The notes beneath the pieces are model-generated. The model saw only the letters and a list, made by a program, of their open reading frames with translations, was not told the DNA's origin and searched no databases. Positions 1 through 7,646 of a stretch of DNA of 13,637 bases are shown here, one piece after another. The position numbers were made by a program, and so were the translations under genes. The stretch covers positions 1-13,637 of the forward strand of contig CAZTDK010000079.1 of assembly GCA_964611965.1 (NCBI GenBank). The letters are read 5' to 3'. The first letter of the stretch is position 1, and each line of letters begins with the position of its first letter. Origin of the DNA: an uncultured Candidatus Binatia bacterium. Lineage in GTDB: Bacteria > Desulfobacterota > Binatia > HRBIN30.

Positions 1-7
1 GGCGAGC

Positions 8-766
8 GTGCTCTCCCTCCCGTTCACTGCAGCGCTGTGTCTCGGACTTTCGCCGCAGATAGCTTCCGGTCCCTGGTCCATGCCGCGCGTATCCGAGACA
101 CCGCGGTTCATGCTCCCCGCTCAGGACGCGCCCGGGCGCGCCCTGACCGCGCTGGGGTTCACGCCCGCCGCCGTTCACAGTGAGCAGCCGTCCGCTCCCG
201 CGCAACCGGTAAAGGGGCGGTTCTTGATCGCCAGCCGGGCGCTGCTCGATCCCAACTTTGCCGAGACGGTCATCTTGGTGCTGAACACCGATGCGGGTGG
301 AACCATCGGCGTGGTCATCAACCATCCGACAAAGATGCGATTGGCCGAGGTATTGCCGGACGAAAAGGCTTTGCATGATCGCCCGGACCGCGTCTTCCTA
401 GGTGGCCCGGTCGGCACCAACGTGATGCTGTTGCTCGTGCATGCGCACAGCGCGCCGGCGAAGGCAGAGAAGATTCTCGACGATGTCTACGCCACCGGCA
501 ATATGAGCACCTTGCGCGACGCCTTCGCCCGCAAGGGAAGGACGGACCGTCGCCTGCGCGCCTACGCAGGCTACGCCGGCTGGGGCCCGGGACAACTCGA
601 GCGCGAAATTGCGCGTGGGGACTGGCTGCTGGGTTCAGGGGACGCCGCAACCATTTTCGAGCTACGCCCGGCGGACATCTGGCCGAAGCTGATCGAACGG
701 TTTTCGGGGGCGTGGACGAAGAATCGCGCGATCCCTGGTTCCTGGTTGCTGATGTCTGGGATATGA
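8..766 (+). CDS. yqgE: YqgE/AlgH family (UPF0301, DUF179) protein; the start is uncertain because the frame is open to the window edge. Alternative ATGs lie at 80 and 110.
   Basis: Translation contains the conserved YqgE block GRFLIASRALLDPNFAETVILVLNTDAGGTIGVVINHP ... VFLGGPVGTNVMLLLVHA ... YAGYAGWGPGQLEREIARGDWL, collinear with E. coli YqgE. Stop is TGA at 764-766. There is a ~60 aa N-terminal extension with a hydrophobic stretch (LPFTAALCLGL), and the frame continues to nt 2 with no stop. Confidence 0.8.
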   Translation: MLSLPFTAALCLGLSPQIASGPWSMPRVSETPRFMLPAQDAPGRALTALGFTPAAVHSEQPSAPAQPVKGRFLIASRALLDPNFAETVILVLNTDAGGTIGVVINHPTKMRLAEVLPDEKALHDRPDRVFLGGPVGTNVMLLLVHAHSAPAKAEKILDDVYATGNMSTLRDAFARKGRTDRRLRAYAGYAGWGPGQLEREIARGDWLLGSGDAATIFELRPADIWPKLIERFSGAWTKNRAIPGSWLLMSGI

Positions 767-803
767 ACAGCCACCGAGAGACCCCAGGCTGCGAGATGGT
801 CGG

Positions 804-1355
804 ATGATGTCATTTATCGAAAGTTTCGTTGTGGGCCTTGCGGGCTGGACGTTGCTGGAGTACGCGATCCATTTCTGGCTCGGCCACCTTCCCAAAGGAC
901 GGATACTGATCTCAGCGGAGCACCTGAAACACCACGGCAACATCCTCTATTTCACGCCGGTCAGGCTGAAGATCCGGGGGGCGGTTCCGGTGCTTGCTGG
1001 GTTGCTGCTCATTGTTGGCGGCACCCTCGGTGTTTCCGCGGGATTGGGATGTGTTGCAGCTGTGGCTCTGGGTTGGACGACTTACGAGTGGCTGCACCAG
1101 TCCATACACGTGAATGGTCCCCGCAGTGCGTACAGCCGCTGGGCCGCGCGTCATCACCTCCACCACCACTTCAGCCGGCCCAACTCCAATCACGGCGTCA
1201 CGACGCCGATCTGGGACGTGGTATTTCGAACCTACGCTCCCGTTCAGCGTGTGCGTGTTCCGAGGCGCAGCCTAGCCGCCGTGCCCTGGCTGGCAGCGGC
1301 TGTCGAGGCAGGCAGCGAGGCCCAAGCGTTTCGCTCCGACTACGAGATTGCCTGA
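804..1355 (+). CDS. Small integral-membrane di-iron hydroxylase of the fatty acid hydroxylase/sterol desaturase superfamily (CrtZ-like size and His-box layout)
   Basis: 183 aa with four histidine boxes: IHFWLGH (HxxxxH), EHLKHHGN (HxxHH), WLHQSIH (HxxxH), RHHLHHHF (HxxHH). Hydrophobic segments lie between the boxes. The spacing resembles beta-carotene hydroxylase CrtZ (HRWIMHG / HKSHHEEH / HDGLVH / HRLHH). GC3-rich codon usage. Confidence 0.6.
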   Translation: MMSFIESFVVGLAGWTLLEYAIHFWLGHLPKGRILISAEHLKHHGNILYFTPVRLKIRGAVPVLAGLLLIVGGTLGVSAGLGCVAAVALGWTTYEWLHQSIHVNGPRSAYSRWAARHHLHHHFSRPNSNHGVTTPIWDVVFRTYAPVQRVRVPRRSLAAVPWLAAAVEAGSEAQAFRSDYEIA

Positions 1356-1433
1356 CCGCGTGGCGATGAGTCGCGGCTCGTATTGGACGCCAACCGCCCA
1401 AAACGAGGACAGGCTGCCTTTCACAAACTCCGG

Positions 1434-1463
1434 CTTGCAAAATCAATGGGGTGGAGTCCATAA
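1434..1463 (+). promoter_or_regulatory. Candidate sigma70-like promoter upstream of the PI-PLC-like lipoprotein gene
   Basis: TTGCAA (1434-1439), 18-bp spacer, CATAAA (1458-1463). Each is 4/6 to consensus. It lies ~45 bp upstream of ATG 1506 in the only AT-richer stretch of this intergenic region. Confidence 0.25.
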
Positions 1464-1505
1464 AGTCGCCTGTTCTTTCGCCACATTCCCCTGATCAATT
1501 GCGAG

Positions 1506-3257
1506 ATGATCACGAACAGAACCAGAATGCCTGACCGGGTGAGCCATTGGAGCGTTGCGTGGTCGCTGGTCGTCGTCGCGGCCCTCGGCGCGCTCGTCGC
1601 CGCCTGCTCGGAGAGTTCGTCGACACGCGCAGACACGGGAGCGGCGGCGCACGTACCGCTCGACCAGGCGTGGCTCATCGGCACGCATAACTCCTACTGG
1701 GTCGACCGCGGCACACCCAACGACCTCTTCGCCAGCGGGGTGCAGGAGAACCTGCTCGATCAGCTGCTCGCCGAGCACGTGCGCGCCATCGAGCTCGATG
1801 TGCACCCCAATCACAACGTGGCGCATCGCTACCGCGTCTACCACACGGCGCCCGGCAACTCGCTGTGTGACGACTTCGCCGACTGTCTGCGGCCGCTGCG
1901 CCTCCTGCAGTATGCACTGCCCGAGCACGAGGCGGTGCACGTGATCATCGAGCTGAAAGAATTCACCGCCTCCAATTTCGACGCCGATCACAGCGTGGAG
2001 GATTTCGAGGCCATCATCGAATCGGAGATTGGCCCGTGGATGATCCGTCCGCGCGATATCCTGGCACGCTGCGGTGCACGCGAGGGAGATCCGGAGCCGG
2101 GCTTCCTCGATTGCCTGAGCCGGGGTGGCTGGCCGACACTGGCGGAGGCGCGCGGCCGATTTCTCGTGAGCGTGCTGTCGAACTTCGACGACCTGGGACC
2201 GGCCGCGAAGGGCACCGTCGACTGGGCCACCTTCGCCCTCCACGGCAGCTTGTTCGCGCGCAGCGCGTTCTCGATGGCCTCCTCGTGGAAGCTCGACTGG
2301 GACACGTTACCGGCAAAGATCCAGCAGGATCTATCACGCGATGACTTGGCGGAAGCGCGGCGGCGCTCGCCGTTCCTCCAGGTCGAAGACACCGCCGATC
2401 CGAATCTCGCGCCCTTCCTTGCCGGACACGGTCTGGTGCGCATCGACGGCGCCTTCAGCGTCGAGGATCAGCAAGCCCGCGTCGCGCTCGGCGCACAGAT
2501 CATGCAGACCGACACGCCGTGGCTGCAGCTCAATGACCGCGGGCCGGCGCAGCCAGTCCGACTGCTCGCCGCGGCGCCCGCCACAGCGGAGATCGTCGAG
2601 CCGGGTGACCGTATTCTCCTTTCGGCACCGGCGGCGGGTTCGACATTCGCCGAGGCGTTCGCGTGGCGCTCCGCCAACGCAACACCCGCGTCCTGGTGGG
2701 AGACGGTGCCGTCCGTCGGAGCCACGAGCGACGCGCTCGCGTGCATCGCCGCCGCCCGCACCGAAGCTGAAGCCGGGATCTCGTCCTATCTCCTCTGCCG
2801 CGGCAAGGTGCGCGCCGACCGCTCGCGCGGTGCCGACGGAGGCAGCGGTAATCCCGATACCGAGAAGCTCCGACTTCAGGTCAGGGTCTGCCACAATGGC
2901 ACCTGCGTGTGGAGCCCGCTGGCGCTCACTGAACCCGAAGAGCGCGCCGCCGCCGTCGCCCTGCAGATCGCGCCCGACGGTCGCGCCGGCTGCGTTCAGG
3001 CGTTCGTGGCGAGCGACTTCGGCACGGCGGATCAGCTCGCATGGCACCCGGCCGCCGATCCCGAGTGCTTTGCGGACGGCCTCGCGTCGCAGGGACTGGC
3101 GGTGGTCAGCGATCCCAGCCCGCAGCCGCAGCCTGTGATGCCCGCCATCGCCAGTCGTAGCGCGCTGTTCGTGCAGTCGCGCATCCGCACCAGCGCGGGC
3201 CTCCAGACCGTGCGCGAGTCGAACCTGCATCGGGCGGACAACAGCGCGCAGCCGTGA
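1506..3257 (+). CDS. Secreted lipoprotein with an N-terminal Ca2+-dependent PI-PLC-like (PLC-like phosphodiesterase TIM-barrel) catalytic domain and a ~280 aa C-terminal region of unknown function
   Basis: N-terminus has a positively charged n-region (RTRMPDR), a hydrophobic core (WSLVVVAALGALVAA) and a lipobox (VAAC-S). The catalytic signature LIGTHNSYW (His-Asn at codons 61-62, nt 1686-1691) is followed by RAIELDVH (E-x-D Ca ligands), as in the Streptomyces Ca-dependent PI-PLC family. Alternative start ATG at 1527. Stop is TGA at 3255-3257. Confidence 0.6.
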   Translation: MITNRTRMPDRVSHWSVAWSLVVVAALGALVAACSESSSTRADTGAAAHVPLDQAWLIGTHNSYWVDRGTPNDLFASGVQENLLDQLLAEHVRAIELDVHPNHNVAHRYRVYHTAPGNSLCDDFADCLRPLRLLQYALPEHEAVHVIIELKEFTASNFDADHSVEDFEAIIESEIGPWMIRPRDILARCGAREGDPEPGFLDCLSRGGWPTLAEARGRFLVSVLSNFDDLGPAAKGTVDWATFALHGSLFARSAFSMASSWKLDWDTLPAKIQQDLSRDDLAEARRRSPFLQVEDTADPNLAPFLAGHGLVRIDGAFSVEDQQARVALGAQIMQTDTPWLQLNDRGPAQPVRLLAAAPATAEIVEPGDRILLSAPAAGSTFAEAFAWRSANATPASWWETVPSVGATSDALACIAAARTEAEAGISSYLLCRGKVRADRSRGADGGSGNPDTEKLRLQVRVCHNGTCVWSPLALTEPEERAAAVALQIAPDGRAGCVQAFVASDFGTADQLAWHPAADPECFADGLASQGLAVVSDPSPQPQPVMPAIASRSALFVQSRIRTSAGLQTVRESNLHRADNSAQP

Positions 3258-3312
3258 GCCGTGAAGCTCGTCTCTGGCTGAAGACCTGCGATTACACCTC
3301 TGCGTTGCTGAT

Positions 3313-3714
3313 TCAGGCCTTTCCCAGAACGGGGGACTGCGTCTCCGGCCGTTTGCGCTTGCGGGGTAGATCCGGAGTGGCTTGACGCTCGTCGAGCAGG
3401 TGGCGGATCGTCAGGATCGGGCGACGCAGCAGTAATCGGGGGCCCGCATAACGCATCACTTCCCGCACCCGCTCGCGGCAAGCCGGCTTGTAACAATGCA
3501 CCGGGCATTTCGCACACGTCGGCTTGCCGTCACCGTACGGGCACTTCTCCAACCGCAGGCGGGCATAGGTCGTCAGCTCGGTACATCCCGGGCACAGCTG
3601 ACCGCGCGACGCGTGCAGATCGCGGCAATACAACCCAATCATCGCCTCGATCGTCTTCCATTCACGTTGGCGGCGCTGCCGCGCCGAGCTCACAGTCGGA
3701 GGCGAGAGCGGCAT
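3313..3714 (-). CDS. ygbA: YgbA-like 'nitrous oxide-stimulated promoter' family protein (small Cys-rich protein); last gene of the minus-strand operon
   Basis: Translation MPLSPPTVSSARQRRQREWKTIEAMIGLYCRDLHASRGQLCPGCTELTTYARLRLEKCPYGDGKPTCAKCPVHCYKPACRERVREVMRYAGPRLLLRRPILTIRHLLDERQ. It matches the YgbA_NO family signature (CxxC ... CP.G..KP.C..CPVHCY ... MR.AGPR ... PI..IRHL). ATG at 3714-3712 lies 8 nt downstream of the nfnB-like TGA (3724-3722). The track ORF 3313..3966 extends further 5' only as an out-of-frame overlap with nfnB. Confidence 0.7.
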   Translation of the reverse strand: MPLSPPTVSSARQRRQREWKTIEAMIGLYCRDLHASRGQLCPGCTELTTYARLRLEKCPYGDGKPTCAKCPVHCYKPACRERVREVMRYAGPRLLLRRPILTIRHLLDERQATPDLPRKRKRPETQSPVLGKA

Positions 3715-3721
3715 TACAGTC

Positions 3722-5152
3722 TCAATGCGGTTGAGCAACGTCCTCACCTCGCAAGTACGCATCCATCGCCCGCGCCGCAATGCGACCCTGGCCCATGGCG
3801 AGGATGACGGTGGCGGCGCCGGAGACGATGTCACCGCCGGCAAAGACGCCGGGGATCGATGTCTGCATCGTCTGCGGCTCGGTGACGACGGTACCCCATT
3901 TCGTAACCTGCAACTCGGGCGTGGTGCGCGGCACCAGCGGGTTGGGCTTGTTGCCGATCGCGACAATGACCGTGTCGACCTCCATCACAAACTCGGAGCC
4001 CTGCTTGGGTACCGGACGGCGGCGCCCCGACTCGTCGGGCTCCCCCAGCTCCATCTGAATGCACTCCATGCCGGTGACGCGATGGCGCGCGTCGCCAAGC
4101 ACCCGCGTTGGATTGGTCAGCAAGCTGAACTTCACGCCCTCCTGCTCCGCGTGATGCACTTCCTCGGTGCGCGCCGGCATCTGCTCGCGGGCGCGCCGGT
4201 AGACGATGGTCACCTCGCCGCCGAGCCGCAACGCGGTGCGCGCCGAATCCATGGCCACGTTGCCGCCGCCGATGACGGCGACACGCTGGCGCCGAATCGG
4301 CGGCGTGTCGTACTCGGGAAACAGATATGCCTTCATCAGATTCGCGCGCGTCAGGTACTCGTTGGCGGAATAGACGCCGATGAGATTTTCACCCGGCATC
4401 TCCATGAACGACGGCAGGCCCGCGCCGGTCCCGACAAACACGGCGTGGTAGCCTTCGTCGTCGAGCAGCTCACGGATGGTGCTGTTGCGCCCGACGACGT
4501 AGTCCAGGACGAACTCGACGCCGAGCTGCCGCAAGTAGTCGACTTCGGCGCGTACGATTTCCTTGGGCAAGCGGAATTCGGGGATGCCGTACATGAGCAC
4601 GCCACCGGGTTCTTGCAGCGCTTCGAACACGGTCACGTAATGGCCCTTGCGCATCAGGTCGCCGGCGACCGTGAGACCCGCCGGCCCGCCGCCCACCACG
4701 GCAACTCGCTTGCCGGTTTTTGGCGGCAGCTCAGGTAGCGTCACGGCGGCGTGATGGCGCTCGTAGTCGGCCGCAAACCGTTCGAGGCGGCCGATGGCAA
4801 CGGGCTCGTGCTTGACGCCGATGGCACACGAGCCCTCGCACTGCTCTTCCTGCGGACAGACACGCCCGCACACCGCCGGCAAGGCATTGTCCTGCTTGAT
4901 CTGACGCGCCGCCTCGAGGAACTTGCCTTCTTGAATGAGCGCGACGAAAGCCGGGATGTCGACGTTGACCGGGCACGCCGGCACGCACTTTGGCTTCTTG
5001 CACCGAATGCAGCGCGACGCTTCGAGCATCGCCAACGCTGGGGTGAAACCGTAGGGCACCTCTTCGAAGTTATTGACGCGGTCTTCCGGTGCCTGCTCAG
5101 GCATCAGCTGCCGGGGAATGTCCTTCTTCTTCGCCGCTTGTGCCATCGCCAT
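3722..5152 (-). CDS. nfnB: NfnB / glutamate synthase small-subunit (GltD)-like NADPH-dependent FAD/[4Fe-4S] oxidoreductase
   Basis: 476 aa from MAMAQAAKKKDIPRQLMPEQAPEDRVNNFEEV. Two N-terminal [4Fe-4S] Cys clusters (CIRCKKPKCVPACP ; CGRVCPQEEQCEGSC). Two Rossmann GxGxxG motifs (VAVVGGGPAGLTVAGDL for FAD; VAVIGGGNVAMDSAR for NADPH). C-terminal GGD motif (FAGGDIVSGAATV). ATG at 5152 lies 5 nt after the nfnA TGA. The longer track ORF (to 5323) adds an Arg/Trp-rich N-terminus that is probably not translated. Confidence 0.8.
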   Translation of the reverse strand: MAMAQAAKKKDIPRQLMPEQAPEDRVNNFEEVPYGFTPALAMLEASRCIRCKKPKCVPACPVNVDIPAFVALIQEGKFLEAARQIKQDNALPAVCGRVCPQEEQCEGSCAIGVKHEPVAIGRLERFAADYERHHAAVTLPELPPKTGKRVAVVGGGPAGLTVAGDLMRKGHYVTVFEALQEPGGVLMYGIPEFRLPKEIVRAEVDYLRQLGVEFVLDYVVGRNSTIRELLDDEGYHAVFVGTGAGLPSFMEMPGENLIGVYSANEYLTRANLMKAYLFPEYDTPPIRRQRVAVIGGGNVAMDSARTALRLGGEVTIVYRRAREQMPARTEEVHHAEQEGVKFSLLTNPTRVLGDARHRVTGMECIQMELGEPDESGRRRPVPKQGSEFVMEVDTVIVAIGNKPNPLVPRTTPELQVTKWGTVVTEPQTMQTSIPGVFAGGDIVSGAATVILAMGQGRIAARAMDAYLRGEDVAQPH

Positions 5153-5156
5153 ACGC

Positions 5157-6011
5157 TCACGCCATACAAGACCGGCTGCCGCGGTGCTCCACCGGCGCCG
5201 TGCTGGCAACGGCGTCGATTTCCTCATTGCTGTACGCCACTCGGCGGTCACGCAGCTCGCCCCAATCCACGGCGTGCGCATCGAAGAACGGGCCGTCGAC
5301 ACAGGCAAACAAGGTCTGGCCACCGACGTTGACGCGACACGCGCCGCACATACCGGTGCCGTCCAGCATGATCGGATTCAGTGCCACGAAGGTCTTCACT
5401 CCGTAGGGCTTCGTCACCTTGCCGGCCAGCATCATCACGAACAGACACCCGACCGCGATCACGCGGTCGATCGACTCACCGCTTTCGAGCTTGCGCTTCA
5501 CGATGTCGACCGAGTGTCCCTTGACGCCGTTGGAGCCGTCGATGGTGGTCTGGATGAGCTCGTCAGACGCGGCTTCCAGCTCGGCGCGGAAGTAGTGCAG
5601 ATATTGGCTGTCGGCCTCGACAATGGAAATGACCCGGTTCCCGGCCGCCTTCATGGCGCGGGCGATGCCGAGGATGGCGCCGATGCCGTAGCAACCAGCG
5701 GCGAGCGCCACCGTGCCGAAGTGATCGATCTCTAGCGGTACGCCAAGCGGACCGACGAGATGGGCCACATGATCGCCGGTGCGCAACATCACCAGCTTGC
5801 GGCTCGACTGACCCATTTCCTGGACCACGAGAGTCACGGTGCCGGCGGCACGATCCCAATCGGCCAACGTGTAGGGCACGCGCTCGGACTTTTCGTCGAC
5901 CATCATGATGACGAACTGGCCGGGCCGCGCCTTCTTCGCGATGGCCGGCGCTCGGATGATGATTTCGTGCACGTTCGGAGCAACCTCGTGCTTCTTGATG
6001 ATTTCAAACAC
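5157..6011 (-). CDS. nfnA: NfnA / PyrK-like (sulfide dehydrogenase beta-like) FAD/NAD(P)-binding [2Fe-2S] oxidoreductase subunit
   Basis: 284 aa. MFEIIKKHEVAPNVHEIIIRAPAIAKKARPGQFVIMMVDEKSERVPYTLAD ... GMCGACRVNVGGQTLFACVDGPFFDAHAVDW is collinear with and strongly similar to Thermotoga NfnA, including the RxYT FAD motif and the C-terminal CGACR [2Fe-2S] motif. GTG start at 6011-6009 is preceded by GGGAGGG. It lies 3 nt after the nuoG-like TGA (6017-6015). Confidence 0.8.
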   Translation of the reverse strand: MFEIIKKHEVAPNVHEIIIRAPAIAKKARPGQFVIMMVDEKSERVPYTLADWDRAAGTVTLVVQEMGQSSRKLVMLRTGDHVAHLVGPLGVPLEIDHFGTVALAAGCYGIGAILGIARAMKAAGNRVISIVEADSQYLHYFRAELEAASDELIQTTIDGSNGVKGHSVDIVKRKLESGESIDRVIAVGCLFVMMLAGKVTKPYGVKTFVALNPIMLDGTGMCGACRVNVGGQTLFACVDGPFFDAHAVDWGELRDRRVAYSNEEIDAVASTAPVEHRGSRSCMA

Positions 6012-6014
6012 GGC

Positions 6015-7643
6015 TCACCCTCCCACCGCCACCGCCGCCGACGGCTGGCCGACCGAGAGGTCACGCAGCCCGGACACTTTTTCTTCCAAACAGTGGCCGC
6101 GAAAATGGGTTCGTCGCTGCGTGGGATCGCTTGCAGCCAACGGCGGCGCTGACCGCCTGAGTCGCAGACGGGCCCCTACGGCCTTCATTTCAGCAGCAAT
6201 GACCTTTGCCGAAGCGTAGGCGAATCCCGGCGCTCCCATCGCGCCGGCAAGCTCACAGATGATCTGCCAATCGGGCCGCGCGACACCCGGCGCCTCGCAT
6301 GCCTGGTGCAACGGCCGCATCAACCCCTGGCCGTCGACAAACGTGCCATCGACTTCCGCCAATGCGGCAACCGGCAGGAGGATCACGGCTCGTTCACTGG
6401 CTGTCGTGGGATAGCAATCCTGCACGATGAGCAGGTCGAGCCGCTCGAGACGCTCGCGATCGACGAAGTCACCGGTCAGCAACGCCGCCCGCACGCCGTC
6501 CGGCAGCAGCGCGCGCGACACTCCGCGCCGGTCCGGCCGGATCTCGATGTAGTGCGGGGAATGCATGACGTCGGACGTGAATTTGTGGAACACGTGGCGG
6601 TCTTCGAGCGTGTGGCTGCTGTCGCACACCAGGGCAAACCCGTCGCCGATGAAGGGTTGCAGGCGCTCGGCCGCCTCGGCCAGCGCCCGCGGCCACGGGA
6701 CGTCGCGCATACGTTCGCCGACGCGGATCTGCGGCTTCTTCAGCCTGCTGGTTCCGTTCAAGAGCTCGGGGATCGCGAAGCGGCCAAGCACGCAGATCGG
6801 CTGGCGCGTGTTGACGCCACGCGCCATGACCGCGTGCCGGCGCGCGTTGGTGTGCACCGTGATCGCGCACGCCTCGTCGCACAAGGTACAGGTCGTGGAG
6901 ACGTAGCGCGCCGGCGCGCCGAACCATTTTGCGTACCGATCGGCGAGGCTGCCCGTCGGACACACATCGATACACGAGCCGCAGAAGCGGCAGCCGGCGT
7001 CGGCAAGCGAGCGGCCGAACGCCTCACCGATGCGCGTCTGGCTGCCACGGCCGACGAAGTCGATGGTGCTCTGGCCGTGATGCGCTTTGCAGATGCGCAC
7101 GCAGCGACCGCACAGAATGCACAGGTTGAGGTCGCGATCGATGAACGGATCCGAGCGCTCGAGCGGTATGTTGCGATAAACCGGAGGCACCGGGAGGTCT
7201 TTCACCCCCAACTCGTCAGACAAGCTGCGGACGTCACATCCGTCCTTGTTGTTGCAGGTGTGGCAGCCAACCGTCCGCCCGGCCTTGGCGGCGCCGGGTC
7301 GGAACTCTTCGCACAGTTCCATCTTCTCGCACACCAAACAGCTGCTGGGGTGTTCGAGCAGGATCAACTCCAGGATGCCGCGACGCAGGTCTTGCAGCGC
7401 CGCGGTGTGCGTGCGCACGACCATCCCCGCGGTTGCCGGTGTCGTACAGGAAGCCGGGAAACCGCGCAGACCGTCGATCTCCACAACACACATCCGGCAG
7501 GCACCGAAGGCGGGCAGGCTCGGGTGCGTGCAGAGGTGCGGGATGTCGATGTTGTGCCGCAACGCACAGTGCAGCACCGATTCGCCGGCACGCGCCGTCA
7601 GAGTCTGGTTGTCGATGGTCAGTTCCACAGCTCCTCCGCTCAC
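6015..7643 (-). CDS. NuoG-like Fe-S subunit: N-terminal [2Fe-2S] ferredoxin, His-ligated [4Fe-4S], two [4Fe-4S] ferredoxin motifs, and a truncated molybdopterin-oxidoreductase-like domain. No FeFe-hydrogenase H-cluster motifs. BfuA/HydA-like minus H-cluster.
   Basis: 542 aa. LTIDNQTLTARAGESVLHCALRHNIDIPHLCTHPSLPAFGACRMCVVEIDG (2Fe-2S). HPSSCLVCEKMELCE (His/Cys cluster). CILCGRCVRIC and CRFCGSCIDVCP (4Fe-4S). TCTLCDEAC (Mo-bisPGD-type N-terminal 4Fe-4S motif). The remainder resembles the NuoG/FdhA molybdopterin fold but is short. No TSCCPxW, MPCxxKxxE or ExMACxxGCxxGG motifs. GTG start at 7643 (3 nt after the nuoF TGA); alternative GTG at 7628 preceded by GGAGGAG. Confidence 0.75.
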   Translation of the reverse strand: MSGGAVELTIDNQTLTARAGESVLHCALRHNIDIPHLCTHPSLPAFGACRMCVVEIDGLRGFPASCTTPATAGMVVRTHTAALQDLRRGILELILLEHPSSCLVCEKMELCEEFRPGAAKAGRTVGCHTCNNKDGCDVRSLSDELGVKDLPVPPVYRNIPLERSDPFIDRDLNLCILCGRCVRICKAHHGQSTIDFVGRGSQTRIGEAFGRSLADAGCRFCGSCIDVCPTGSLADRYAKWFGAPARYVSTTCTLCDEACAITVHTNARRHAVMARGVNTRQPICVLGRFAIPELLNGTSRLKKPQIRVGERMRDVPWPRALAEAAERLQPFIGDGFALVCDSSHTLEDRHVFHKFTSDVMHSPHYIEIRPDRRGVSRALLPDGVRAALLTGDFVDRERLERLDLLIVQDCYPTTASERAVILLPVAALAEVDGTFVDGQGLMRPLHQACEAPGVARPDWQIICELAGAMGAPGFAYASAKVIAAEMKAVGARLRLRRSAPPLAASDPTQRRTHFRGHCLEEKVSGLRDLSVGQPSAAVAVGG

Positions 7644-7646
7644 CCG

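Noticed and set aside
1356-1385. Short hairpin CCGCG-N11-CGCGG after the hydroxylase stop as a terminator
   Set aside because: 5-bp stem, no downstream T-run. Too weak to call an intrinsic terminator.
1443-3230. Long antisense ORFs (1443..2243 minus, 2334..3230 minus) and frame-shifted plus-strand ORFs (1555..1944, 2341..3138) overlapping the PI-PLC-like gene
   Set aside because: They are Arg/Ala/Pro-rich, low-complexity translations typical of out-of-frame reading of high-GC coding DNA, with no recognisable motifs. The plus-frame gene has a lipoprotein signal, catalytic motifs and GC3 bias.
3258-3312. Convergent 55-bp gap between the PI-PLC-like gene and ygbA-like gene as a bidirectional terminator
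   Set aside because: No stable GC-rich hairpin with a flanking U-tract found. Only 4-bp partial dyads (GTCT/AGAC).
3715-3966. 5' extension of track ORF 3313..3966 (first 84 codons: MSRSATSPTRWCRAPRPS...)
   Set aside because: This part overlaps the 3' end of nfnB in another frame and is Ser/Pro/Arg-rich nonsense. The YgbA homology begins at the internal ATG 3714, which sits just downstream of the nfnB stop.
5153-5323. N-terminal 57 codons of track ORF 3722..5323 (MARPCLPVSTARSS...)
   Set aside because: Overlaps the nfnA 3' end out of frame. GltD/NfnB homology starts at MAMAQAAKKK (ATG 5152), right after the nfnA stop.
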